Source: a virus (Duplodnaviria > Heunggongvirae > Uroviricota > Caudoviricetes). From it: 64,000 nt of DNA. Made by a program: the position numbers and the translations under genes. Numbering within the stretch: position 1 is the stretch's first letter; every line of letters starts with the position of its first letter. The notes below the pieces were generated by a model. That model searched no databases and was not told the origin of the DNA. It was given only the letters and a program-made list of their open reading frames with translations. Positions 9,304 through 18,984 of the stretch are shown here, piece by piece. The stretch lies in the IMG/VR virus record IMGVR_UViG_3300029548_000183; one strand, given 5' to 3'.

Positions 9304-9672
9304 ATGAATGAATTTTTAAAAATAAAAAACGAAATCATAAATAATGGGTGGACTGAAATTGAGGAAAGAACCACATTAGAAGGTTGGGGTGATGGAAAAA
9401 TTGGATATACCATTTGGATAAGACGTCCTGACTGGCATGGTAAGGATTCATTTTCATTAATAGGAAGAAATGTGGAACTATATGCATCGTGTAATGATGC
9501 ATCTAATCCGGATATGGTATTGAAAACCATTTCTAATTTAAGAAAACTGGCAAAAAGGGCTTGGGATGATTTTCCTGATGGTATTCCAGTTCAGAATGCT
9601 TTTGGAGAACTTGTGAAAGAAATCCTTTGCCATCCATTTGCAGAAGGGACAAACATAATAAAACAAAAATAG
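9304..9672 (+). CDS. hypothetical protein
   Basis: ATG with GGGAGATTGGAG upstream. Confidence 0.5.
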   Translation: MNEFLKIKNEIINNGWTEIEERTTLEGWGDGKIGYTIWIRRPDWHGKDSFSLIGRNVELYASCNDASNPDMVLKTISNLRKLAKRAWDDFPDGIPVQNAFGELVKEILCHPFAEGTNIIKQK

Positions 9673-9684
9673 GAGGAACTTAAA

Positions 9685-9912
9685 ATGAAAGATTACAACA
9701 AAGCTTATAAAAAAGGCAAGAAACTTTTGGAAGACATTGCAAGACAAAAAGGTTGGAAATATTATGACATTGTAGAGGACAGTTATACTTACCCTTATGG
9801 TTTACTTCTCATTGGCTATGAGGATGAAGCATCAATGAAGGGAATGGTAAGGGACATTAATGAAATTGGTCATGTCTGCATCAATCTTGATGGTTGTGAC
9901 AAACTGGTTTAA
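9685..9912 (+). CDS. hypothetical protein
   Basis: RBS TAGGAGGAA before ATG. Confidence 0.45.
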   Translation: MKDYNKAYKKGKKLLEDIARQKGWKYYDIVEDSYTYPYGLLLIGYEDEASMKGMVRDINEIGHVCINLDGCDKLV

Positions 9913-10285
9913 AAAATCATGATAGAAAGAAAAAATAATTATGGTATTGAAAATTCTTAAATAATTGTAATGAAAATCAGAGTCACCTAAGTGGTGGCTC
10001 TTTTTTAGGTTTGCTTTACAGTATACAAAAACATAAAAATAATTTCTTTAATAAAAGTTAAATTTTAGAAAAAAATCAAAAATTCTAAAAAGTTATAAAA
10101 AAAGGAATAATATTCATTTTAGAGAGCAAAATGTCAGAAATTTAACCATATTATAGTTGAATTAAAATGAAGAATTACTAATTTTGATTATAAAAATTTT
10201 AAATTCCCTAATTTACAGAATGCAAAAAAATATTAAATATGAAAAATGATAGTATTAACAAAAAATAGAAGGAGGAAAATAACTC

Positions 10286-10897
10286 ATGAAACAAAAAAAA
10301 GAAAAAAAGAAAATTTCAAAAGATGAAAAAATAAGTAATTTTATTGATGTTTTTGGAACACAAATAATTGTTGTTTTGGTATTACTATCCATATTTCTAA
10401 TATGTGCAATAGGATTAGCCGGAGATAAAATTTTTAATCATGGAAATTCAATTTTAGCTGATGATGGAAAATTTTTCACAATTAATTATTTCTTTGATGG
10501 TCTTGTTTATATTGCAGGAATCATGATGATTCTTGCCATTGTAGCACTGCTTGAAACAATTATTGTGACAACAACATCAAAAATACTTTTCTTAAGAAAG
10601 ATTAATAACAATCCTGTAACGGATGAAGAATTGGAAGCTCTTAATTTCAACACGGCAAAAGAATATCTTCAGTACATTGCTGAAAAAATAAACATAACCA
10701 CATCAGTTCTTCCTTTTGAATCAGAATTCATTGTCTGTGATTATAGTAAAAGAGTTATTTTAAAAGTGCTTAAAATATGTGAGAAAAAATTTAATGTCGA
10801 TTTAAAGTATGAATTGACATCTGGCTCAATTACATTATACCAAACATCAAAGAAAGAAAAATCAGAAGTATATGAAAGTGTTTCCATAGACGATTAG
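10286..10897 (+). CDS. hypothetical membrane protein
   Basis: RBS AGAAGGAGGAAA; three predicted TM segments. Confidence 0.5.
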   Translation: MKQKKEKKKISKDEKISNFIDVFGTQIIVVLVLLSIFLICAIGLAGDKIFNHGNSILADDGKFFTINYFFDGLVYIAGIMMILAIVALLETIIVTTTSKILFLRKINNNPVTDEELEALNFNTAKEYLQYIAEKINITTSVLPFESEFIVCDYSKRVILKVLKICEKKFNVDLKYELTSGSITLYQTSKKEKSEVYESVSIDD

Positions 10898-10942
10898 GTA
10901 ATTAAGAGTTTTGAAACAAATTATGAAATGAGAGGTGGAAAA

Positions 10943-11506
10943 ATGAACAGGAAGAACACAACAAAATTTCTTGGAAAATTATTGGAAGACGAAAAGTTTA
11001 CAGGACTGGGCAAGTATTGGGCAAAAGAAGTCAGTATTGATCCAATGTCAACAAAAGGAAAAAGAGTGGATTACATGCAATTTTCTCCAAAAGACCAGTG
11101 TTCTCCATCTTCCATCGAAAAAGGAATTTTTACATGCTATGAAATTAAGAGCTGCATTGATGATGTATACAGTGGTAATGGCCTTAATTTCCTTGGTGAA
11201 AAGAACTACATAGTTACAACTGTGGAATGCTACAAGCAGTTAATGTTGGACATAAAAAGTGGTAAATTCAGAGATTATGTTTTGAACAATTATCCTGATT
11301 CATCATTATACTTTGGCATTATGGTTGCAGTTCCAAAAAACTACTCCTTGGATGTCAAAAGTCAATTAAAAAGAGAGTTGGAAAATCCAACACCTTTGGA
11401 CAAACATGACAAATGGACACTTTCAGTTGCAATGTCCTGCAGAGAAGGACCAAGAAAACGTTCAATAACTGAATTGTTGTTTTGCATGCTACGAAGTGGA
11501 AAATAA
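10943..11506 (+). CDS. hypothetical protein; possible PD-(D/E)XK-like core (RVDYMQF..CYEIKS)
   Basis: RBS GAGGTGGAAA before ATG 10943; fold assignment is weak. Confidence 0.4.
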   Translation: MNRKNTTKFLGKLLEDEKFTGLGKYWAKEVSIDPMSTKGKRVDYMQFSPKDQCSPSSIEKGIFTCYEIKSCIDDVYSGNGLNFLGEKNYIVTTVECYKQLMLDIKSGKFRDYVLNNYPDSSLYFGIMVAVPKNYSLDVKSQLKRELENPTPLDKHDKWTLSVAMSCREGPRKRSITELLFCMLRSGK

Positions 11507-11518
11507 AGGAGGACTATT

Positions 11519-12013
11519 ATGGAAAGAAATTTTACAATAAAGCCAAGCAATAACCCTATAGAAGTAAAGGTAGAAACAAATAATATGGTGCCTGAATTAA
11601 CTAAAAGTTCAAATGTATATTCAAAGGTAGCTATGTATTGGGCAATAGCCTCACTTATCATTGTGCCTATAATAAATATTCTGTCAGGATTTATTAAGCC
11701 ATTAAGTGCAATATCCAATAAAATATTTTTAGGAACAATAATTTATGCAATTTTATCCTTCATTATTATAATGAAATTAGGACATAAGATGGCACCTTTA
11801 GGAATAGATCCAATAAATAGAATTAACAAATTACAAAAAGAACTAGAAAACAGTGAACAGTTCCCAGCAAATATTTTTAAAAAGTTTGATGCAAATGAAT
11901 TTAAAAATTGGGATAAAGACTATATTCTTATAAAAACAGAAATAGATGATAAAAAGAAAACCGTAAACATGAATGTATATGTCCCATATAATTCATTGGT
12001 ATTATTGCCTTAA
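11519..12013 (+). CDS. hypothetical membrane protein
   Basis: RBS AAAGGAGGA; two TM segments. Confidence 0.5.
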   Translation: MERNFTIKPSNNPIEVKVETNNMVPELTKSSNVYSKVAMYWAIASLIIVPIINILSGFIKPLSAISNKIFLGTIIYAILSFIIIMKLGHKMAPLGIDPINRINKLQKELENSEQFPANIFKKFDANEFKNWDKDYILIKTEIDDKKKTVNMNVYVPYNSLVLLP

Positions 12014-12354
12014 ATATAAAATAAAAAACAGGAGGTTTATAAAAGTCAACAACCCATCACTAAAGTAGTGTACTTGCAATAGCAAGTGGTTGATTAGCCT
12101 AAATACTTTGAGGACTACGTTACCATAGAATACATAGTCACCAGTGGATACTTCTCACGTCCACTGCTCTGAGAAGCCAAGTAAACATCTCTGAAGGGTA
12201 AGGAGAAGTCGGAGCCGTTAAAACCCATGGATAACATTGGCGATGAGAACCTACCACATTCATTTACTCATATATCTGGATGTGAGAGTGACATGGAGTG
12301 GATTTCCACTTCGATTGTCACATTTTAGTAACCGGAAGAAAGGAGAATTTTTGG

Positions 12355-12654
12355 ATGAATACTGAAGATATAGTAATTATAGTGTTTGTATCGTTATGGA
12401 TTATAGGGCTAATAACTGGGTACTTTTTGTACATAAAGAAAGAAACTAGTTCTTTCCGCATTAATAAGATGACATATGTTCTACCTAACCTTACATTTGC
12501 AATTTGTTTTGTATTTTGCAAGTTTATTATGAATTATGATTTAAAAGATTTTCTTCTGGAAGATGGAATTATGAGTTTAATTATATTTCTACTTTTATTT
12601 GACCCGGAGGAACAAAAAATAATTAATAACGAAATTAAGAGTCATATTTTTTGA
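12355..12654 (+). CDS. small membrane protein
   Basis: RBS GAAAGGAGAA before ATG 12355. Confidence 0.4.
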   Translation: MNTEDIVIIVFVSLWIIGLITGYFLYIKKETSSFRINKMTYVLPNLTFAICFVFCKFIMNYDLKDFLLEDGIMSLIIFLLLFDPEEQKIINNEIKSHIF

Positions 12655-12860
12655 ATATGGCTCTTTTTTTAAAAATTTCAACCATATTAGTATTGAAAAC
12701 ACAGTTGCAAAAAAATTAGTTTTTTTAATTTTGCTAAGATTAATTTGTAACTAAAGAAATTAAAACAACACAAAATGTTCAGCAGGAAACTGTAATTGTA
12801 AACGGTAAAACATAGTGGTTGGTTGACTAAAAGTAATAATGAAAAAGGATGGAAGTACAC

Positions 12861-13175
12861 ATGAAGAAGATAATGCTTATTTTATTGACCTTAATCTGCA
12901 TTACATTAAATTCATTTTTTGTATTTGCAGATGAATCCGTAACACAGAAATGTAGTACACAACAAAAAACACAGTCAGAAACCATAATCCTAAATGGTGA
13001 TACATATGTAAAACAGAATGAAAGTCATAGCCATAATCATGATGTGAATGAAAAATCAGAAAACATAAGTGAAGGTGAAAAGCAAAAGGAAATTTTAGAT
13101 TTGGAAGATATAGTTGCAGTTTGCATTATAGTCATTATAATACTGTTTTACTTTGTTCTTCTTTCCTTATGTTAA
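12861..13175 (+). CDS. small exported protein with C-terminal TM anchor (paralog of 13325-13672)
   Basis: Signal peptide ending VFADE, shared ETII(L/V)N(G/N)DTY block, C-terminal hydrophobic helix. Confidence 0.5.
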   Translation: MKKIMLILLTLICITLNSFFVFADESVTQKCSTQQKTQSETIILNGDTYVKQNESHSHNHDVNEKSENISEGEKQKEILDLEDIVAVCIIVIIILFYFVLLSLC

Positions 13176-13206
13176 CTTTTCCATAAAAAAAGAGAGGTGA
13201 CAAAGT

Positions 13207-13335
13207 ATGGCAAAAATTTGTCCAATTTCAAATGAAAAGGTTTTATATCTTGATTGCTTGGAGTGTGATGAAAAAATATGTAAAAGGGACTATGTAAAAA
13301 AAAATAAAGAAGAGGAGGAAAAAAATGAAGTTTAA
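13207..13335 (+). CDS. small Cys-rich peptide (42 aa; CP..C..C..C)
   Basis: RBS AGAGAGGTGA before ATG 13207; may be zinc-ribbon-like; no other support. Confidence 0.25.
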   Translation: MAKICPISNEKVLYLDCLECDEKICKRDYVKKNKEEEEKNEV

Positions 13336-13672
13336 AAGATTTATATTAATAGTTACAATTCTATTATGTATTGTAATTAGTTCAATATCAGTATTTGCTG
13401 ATGAAAAAACAATTCAAACAAGAGAAGAAATTCCATCTGAAACAATTATTGTAAATAATGATACATATATTTTAGACGAAAAAATTAATAACAAAAACAT
13501 AGATGAGAAAGCAAAACTTTCCATTGGAAACCATACATATTACAAACTTAGTACTACACAAGAAAATAGTAACTCCGTAGATGTTGGTATGCTCGTTTTT
13601 CTCTCAATAGCTACTATTCTTTTATACGTATTCTTATTAGGTAGGTTGGCCACAAAAACGATAGTCGTTTAA
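13325..13672 (+). CDS. small exported protein with C-terminal TM anchor (paralog of 12861-13175)
   Basis: RBS GAGGAGGAAAAAA; signal peptide ending VFADE. Confidence 0.5.
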   Translation: MKFKRFILIVTILLCIVISSISVFADEKTIQTREEIPSETIIVNNDTYILDEKINNKNIDEKAKLSIGNHTYYKLSTTQENSNSVDVGMLVFLSIATILLYVFLLGRLATKTIVV

Positions 13673-13680
13673 AATCCTTA

Positions 13681-14043
13681 GTGAATGACAAAACTTTTTT
13701 GGCAGTTTACTTTCAAATGAGTCACTATTATTTTACATTTGAAAAAGAAACCTATGGGAAAATAAGATTCTTGATTAATTCAGATGAAAATCCGGTCTTT
13801 GCTAATAATAAGTATTTGTGCATTGAATCTTCATCTAAATACTCTCAAGTCTTTTTTCTGACTGATGGAAAGAAGATGTATGAAGTTTTTGAATATAATC
13901 CTTGCATTGAGAAAAAAATGACATCTGATACTTTTCTCATTCAGGATTTTCTAAATGATTTTGATAACTTTGAAGCTGATTTTTATGATTGGATTGATTC
14001 CATCCAAAATAATGAGAAAGGAGTTCACAATGAAAAAAGTTAA
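13681..14043 (+). CDS. hypothetical protein (start uncertain: GTG 13681 or ATG 13722)
   Basis: ORF only. Confidence 0.3.
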   Translation: MNDKTFLAVYFQMSHYYFTFEKETYGKIRFLINSDENPVFANNKYLCIESSSKYSQVFFLTDGKKMYEVFEYNPCIEKKMTSDTFLIQDFLNDFDNFEADFYDWIDSIQNNEKGVHNEKS

Positions 14044-14341
14044 ATGTAGTGAATGCAAGTGCATGAGCAGATGGTGTTTACCTGAAATTGTTAATGACCA
14101 TAATTACAATTATGCCATTTCTACCTATAATGCAGCACAAAGGTCTTTTGTCTGTCTACAGACAGCAAAAACAAAGGCTCTTTCAAATGAACAATATTGT
14201 AAATATTTTGAAGAAAAAAAAGAAGTAGATAGAAACATTGACAAAATATATCAAAAGGAAGTGGAACAATTAAAAAAGAAAATTGAGGAATATGAGAAAA
14301 AAAGAAAAACAATGATGGTAACTAAATTGTACCAAAATTAA
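14030..14341 (+). CDS. hypothetical protein with Cys-rich N-terminus (KCSECKCMSRWC) and coiled coil
   Basis: RBS AGAAAGGAG before ATG 14030. Confidence 0.4.
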   Translation: MKKVKCSECKCMSRWCLPEIVNDHNYNYAISTYNAAQRSFVCLQTAKTKALSNEQYCKYFEEKKEVDRNIDKIYQKEVEQLKKKIEEYEKKRKTMMVTKLYQN

Positions 14342-14370
14342 TTTACATGCTTAAATTTGAGGAGGGTTAA

Positions 14371-15000
14371 ATGAAATATATTTGTAACTTAGTAAATACT
14401 GAAGATAATAAAAGAAAAAATGATGCAAAAATTAATAAATTAGAAGTAAATATTGCTGATGACATTGATACAAAAATTGGTCCTGAACCTGTATTTAAAT
14501 ATGAAATAATTAGTAGTATTTTAAATATATTTTCTTTAATACTTGAGGGTTTGTCTATTTTTGTACTTATTGTCAGTGCTTCTGCTATGTTGCTTGATTT
14601 AAAAAATAAATCATTAACAATATTGTCAAAAGCAATTGTTGTTTCGCTTATTCTGCTTCTCATAAATGTTGTAATTGAACACATAACAAGTAAAAAACTA
14701 ACTACAATAGATATTCAAAAAAATAATTATAATGCTAATAAACGTAGAGTACTTCCAATAAATAAATTACTTGAATTTTTATCAAATAAAGATAACTATT
14801 CAAATATAAACTATGATCCAAAAACAAGAATCATTACATATTTTAACAAAGATGGATTATTAAGAGATTTTAATGCAATTGATGAAATTAATGAGAATAG
14901 CAATGCTTACACAGAATATTGGATGAACAATTATATAAAAATAGACATCGACAATGATAAAATAACAAAATACTACCCAGTAAAATATAAAAAAGTTTAA
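14371..15000 (+). CDS. hypothetical membrane protein
   Basis: RBS TGAGGAGGG. Confidence 0.5.
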   Translation: MKYICNLVNTEDNKRKNDAKINKLEVNIADDIDTKIGPEPVFKYEIISSILNIFSLILEGLSIFVLIVSASAMLLDLKNKSLTILSKAIVVSLILLLINVVIEHITSKKLTTIDIQKNNYNANKRRVLPINKLLEFLSNKDNYSNINYDPKTRIITYFNKDGLLRDFNAIDEINENSNAYTEYWMNNYIKIDIDNDKITKYYPVKYKKV

Positions 15001-15031
15001 TAAAAACAGAATTGTCAGATAGGAGAACATT

Positions 15032-15286
15032 ATGAAGAATTCAAAAAAAATTTATAAAAAAATAAATACTGTATTAGAAAAGATAATATTGTGTGCATTC
15101 ATTATTAGTATTGTTAGTTTTGTAGGCTTTTTTGTAAGCACTATTGGTTTTGTACTTTTTTTCTTATTTGGCCAGTACTATTTATTGGCAAAATCAACAA
15201 TAGTATTTGGAATTATTATTTTAGCTATGCTTCTCTTAATATGTGTTTGCAATCTATTTATTGATATTATTGAATATTCAAATTAA
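15032..15286 (+). CDS. small membrane protein
   Basis: RBS TAGGAGAA. Confidence 0.45.
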   Translation: MKNSKKIYKKINTVLEKIILCAFIISIVSFVGFFVSTIGFVLFFLFGQYYLLAKSTIVFGIIILAMLLLICVCNLFIDIIEYSN

Positions 15287-15369
15287 TGTGTGAATAAGGC
15301 TGTAAAACTAATGGGTATAAATGAACAGAAAAATCTGAAAATATAAAAATAGAAGTGTAAAGGAGATTT

Positions 15370-15651
15370 ATGATGAATAAATATACAAAGCCATATCCAA
15401 CTATTGGAGCTTTAATCAAAGATAAAAATTATGATTATGTAGATTATCGTATTATATATCCTGATTGTGATGATGAAAAACGTGGAGAATTTATTGGATG
15501 TTTTAAAGTAAAAGATGGAAAAATAATTCCATTAGATGGGGATATTTATGAAGAGAATGAATCAGTTATTGCATCTGAGGAGTGGACTAAAGATTATAAT
15601 GGAGAAAAAATAAATGGATTAACTGTAGTAGTAGAAGCTGCACTAATGTAA
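15370..15651 (+). CDS. hypothetical protein
   Basis: RBS AAAGGAGAT. Confidence 0.45.
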   Translation: MMNKYTKPYPTIGALIKDKNYDYVDYRIIYPDCDDEKRGEFIGCFKVKDGKIIPLDGDIYEENESVIASEEWTKDYNGEKINGLTVVVEAALM

Positions 15652-15779
15652 CACCATTATTAATTGAAAAAAGAAGTTTTTTATTTACAAATACTTTTAT
15701 TCAAAAATATAAAAATAAGAGCAACCATATTATAAATGGAACAATAACACTTAGTTTTTAACGAAAGAGAGGTAATAAC

Positions 15780-16664
15780 ATGAAGAAAAAAATGATAAGT
15801 GTGGCTCTAATTGGATGTCTGGTAAGTAGTCTGCTAACCGGATGCATGCAGTCAGAAGATGCAGTAAAATTTAATGAGGATGGTTCTGTTAAAATTTCTG
15901 CTGTTATAAGAGTGGAAAAGGATGCAGTGGATTCAAGTGAGGGAACAACAACAATTAATGGTAAGGATCCAAAAACATTTAAGGTAACAACAATTAATGG
16001 CATTGACTATTATGAAGACACGGAAACAAAGGAATACAAAAATAGCAATGAAGCATTAGCTGCATTAACTAAAAGTGAAAATGACAAGGACAAGGATTCA
16101 AGTACTGGACTTTCAAATGTAACTGTTAACAGTTTTTCATCAAAAACAGTAGACATTAGCATTCCATCTGATAACAATATTAAACAGTCAATGGCAATGA
16201 TAAGTGCAATGGGAAAGGGTAAATCATATGTCAGGTATTCATTTGAGTTTCCTTCGAACATAAAGAAAACAAATGGGGAAATTGATAAAACAAATTCCAG
16301 AAAGGTTAATTTTGATTTTACGGCAACAAAAACATATGAAAAAATGTTTGTAACAACTGAAGACAATGTAAAACCTGCACCAATATTAAAAGTTCAGAAA
16401 ATAAAAAAGATAAAAGTAAAAACTACAAAAAACAAAGCTACAATAAAATGGAGCAAGAGTAAAAATGCAAAATCATACATTATTAAGTATGGTAAGATTA
16501 GAAAGGGAAAATTGGTTAGCCTCAAGACAAAAAGAACAACAAAAACAAAATTCAAAATCAAAAAACTTAAGAAAAACACTAAATACAAAGCAACAGTTTA
16601 CGCAGTTGGAAACAACAACATAAGCACAGGCAAAAGCATAAAATTCAAAACAAAGAAAAAATAA
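15780..16664 (+). CDS. lipoprotein with C-terminal fibronectin type III-like domain
   Basis: Signal peptide with lipobox LLTGC; Lys-rich Fn3-like C-terminus. Confidence 0.6.
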   Translation: MKKKMISVALIGCLVSSLLTGCMQSEDAVKFNEDGSVKISAVIRVEKDAVDSSEGTTTINGKDPKTFKVTTINGIDYYEDTETKEYKNSNEALAALTKSENDKDKDSSTGLSNVTVNSFSSKTVDISIPSDNNIKQSMAMISAMGKGKSYVRYSFEFPSNIKKTNGEIDKTNSRKVNFDFTATKTYEKMFVTTEDNVKPAPILKVQKIKKIKVKTTKNKATIKWSKSKNAKSYIIKYGKIRKGKLVSLKTKRTTKTKFKIKKLKKNTKYKATVYAVGNNNISTGKSIKFKTKKK

Positions 16665-16720
16665 TGAAAAAACATTGAAAAAAGGAATAATATTTCTTTT
16701 TTTTATCTATATTCAAAACA

Positions 16721-16736
16721 TAACCATATTAAATAT
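16721..16736 (+). promoter_or_regulatory. conserved promoter-proximal motif (AACCATATTAAATATG variant)
   Basis: Part of a ~80-bp promoter/5'UTR module nearly identical to 28703-28780. Confidence 0.5.
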
Positions 16737-16778
16737 GAAACAAATTAATAATTGGAGTTAAATGAAAGGAGAAAAAGT

Positions 16779-17369
16779 ATGGGATGGACAGGTTACTGTG
16801 CAACACATTATAAGAATGGAAAAATTGACAGAAAAGCAGAATGTGATGCCTACTTTATGGAAGGCTTAAACAGAGGTAATTTTAAAGTTCTTAAGTCAAC
16901 AATGAAGGGTGCTGTCTATTATGCAGCAATACAGAATATGGTTAAATATGATGGTAAAGATCAAAATGGAGAAGACATATATACACCAATAGATAATGGT
17001 AAAGTGTGGGCTGCCATTTTTCTTACGTCAGTTGAAAATAGTATGTTTTACTATAAAAATATGGATGAAACATATGGTCCTAATTATTATGATTGTCCAA
17101 AATCAATTCTAAACTTGCTTACTGAAACAACAAATGAATATGCACTAAATTGGAGACAATTATGTGTAGAAAATGTAACACAGAAAAATGCGTTATCTAA
17201 GCTTCCTATCGGTGCAACCATAGAATTTGAAAGAGGTAATGGACATAAGATAAAAGCCTATAAACATGAGCCAGCATATCAGTTTAAAAGGGCTTTTTGG
17301 ATGTCTATGGATGGGTATCATATTCCAACAAAAATGATAAAAAACTGGAAAGTATTGGAGGTAAAATAA
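16779..17369 (+). CDS. hypothetical protein
   Basis: RBS AAAGGAGAAAAAG before ATG 16779. Confidence 0.5.
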   Translation: MGWTGYCATHYKNGKIDRKAECDAYFMEGLNRGNFKVLKSTMKGAVYYAAIQNMVKYDGKDQNGEDIYTPIDNGKVWAAIFLTSVENSMFYYKNMDETYGPNYYDCPKSILNLLTETTNEYALNWRQLCVENVTQKNALSKLPIGATIEFERGNGHKIKAYKHEPAYQFKRAFWMSMDGYHIPTKMIKNWKVLEVK

Positions 17370-17590
17370 ATAATGAAAAATAAAGAAAATTTTAATGAAT
17401 GGTATCTATTTAATGATTGCTTTTTTTCATATTACATCAATAATGCAACAGGAGAAAAGAAATTTGAACTGGAAGATGGTGATGTGGAAGTTGAAGCAAA
17501 TTTAGATGACTTTTGCAGTTTTAAGTAAATGGAATCATTGTAGAGTATTTTTTGAAAAAATAAATTAATATTAAACTATATGAAAAAATT

Positions 17591-17618
17591 AGAGTCACAA
17601 ATAGTGGCTCTTTTTTTA
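17591..17618 (+). terminator. intrinsic terminator (AGAGTCAC family)
   Basis: AGAGTCACAAATAGTGGCTCT followed by TTTTTTT. Confidence 0.6.
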
Positions 17619-17623
17619 TTTTG

Positions 17624-17667
17624 CCCCTATTAGTTCGTTAAATTGGTATTTAACGAACTAATAGGGG
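17624..17667. promoter_or_regulatory. perfect 20-bp inverted repeat (CCCCTATTAGTTCGTTAAAT-tggt-ATTTAACGAACTAATAGGGG); candidate recombinase target (res/dif-like) site
   Basis: Seen directly, about 110 bp upstream of the tyrosine recombinase gene. Confidence 0.4.
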
Positions 17668-17779
17668 ACTTTAAAAATACAAAATAACCCTCTCTCCTTG
17701 CTACCATATAGATTTTTTTTAAAAAAAGTCGTATACTATTACATATTTAACATAAAATATAATCAAGGGAGATCTCTTA

Positions 17780-18879
17780 TGGCTGAAAAAAGCGATTATG
17801 CTTTTCAACAGGAAGCAAAAATTAATCAAAAAATAAAACAAATAGAAATGATGCTGCCTCCAATTTGTGGAGAGTATTTTTCCCATTTAATGTTATCAAA
17901 AACACCAAAAACGGTTTATGCCTATGCCAATGACTTAAAAATGTTTTTTGAATTTCTTTGTCAACATGTTTTTGCCACTGAAATGGACCAGATTGACATG
18001 TACATGTTAAAGGAAGTTAAGGCAAGCGACATTTCACATTTTTTGATTACAATGCATAATGGACATGGAAAATATGATAAAAATGGATTAAGAGAAAATA
18101 GAAATGGAGACAAAGCCTTAAGTAGAAAGCTGTCAAGCATTAAATCCTTCTTCCACTACTGCTATCTATATGGCTATCTTCCTTCTGATGTATCTTCAAT
18201 TGTTGAAACACCGACTAAAAGAAGGAAAAGTAAAAATATAATACGATTGACTGAAGAAGAAAATAACATGCTTCTAAATGTGATAGCTTATGGAGAAAAT
18301 TATTCAAACAATACACTTTCAGAAAGACAAATAACATATGCAAAAAAAACAAGAAGAAGAGATTATGCCATTATCATAACTCTTCTTGGAACTGGAATTC
18401 GTGTATCTGAACTTGTTGGGATTGATATAAATGACATTAACTTTAATGACATGTCCATTAGAGTTTTTAGAAAGGGTGCTTTTTATGATACTGTTTTTTT
18501 TGGACAGGAAGTTAATGATGCTCTTCTGACATATCTGGATGAACGCAAAAAAATAAAGCCTTTACCCGGCTCAGAACAAGCTCTTTTTCTCTCTCTAAGA
18601 AAAAAAAGAATTGATGTTCGAAGTGTGGAAAAGCTTGTTAAAAAATACAATTTGCTTACTGGAAATGCAAAAAACATTACTCCTCATAAATTGAGATCAA
18701 CTTTTGCAACATTAACCTATGAGCAAACAACAGACATAATGCTCACAAAGAATGCAATGGGACATGCTGACATCAAGACCACGGAAATATATGTGGAAAA
18801 TACCAGTATGGAAAAAAGAAAGGATGCTGCATCAAAGATGGTCATTTTCAAAAACTCTGATGAAAGCAATTTTGAATAA
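17780..18879 (+). CDS. site-specific tyrosine recombinase, XerC/XerD family
   Basis: C-terminal catalytic signature ..ITPHKLRSTFAT..AMGHADIKTTEIYVE (HxxR, GH, Y). RBS AAGGGAGA before ATG 17780. Confidence 0.85.
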
Positions 18880-18984
18880 TAAAAGTATAAAAAAATAAAT
18901 TGTAAAAATTATTTTATAAGAGGTTAGACAATAATGATTCTGACCTTCCTGTTTTTCTTTTGACACATTAATATATTATTCAAA

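Noticed and set aside
12150-12200. Hammerhead-like ribozyme motif (CUGAGAAG) in the GC-rich island
   Set aside because: The core CUGANGA...GAAA arrangement and the required flanking helices are not present
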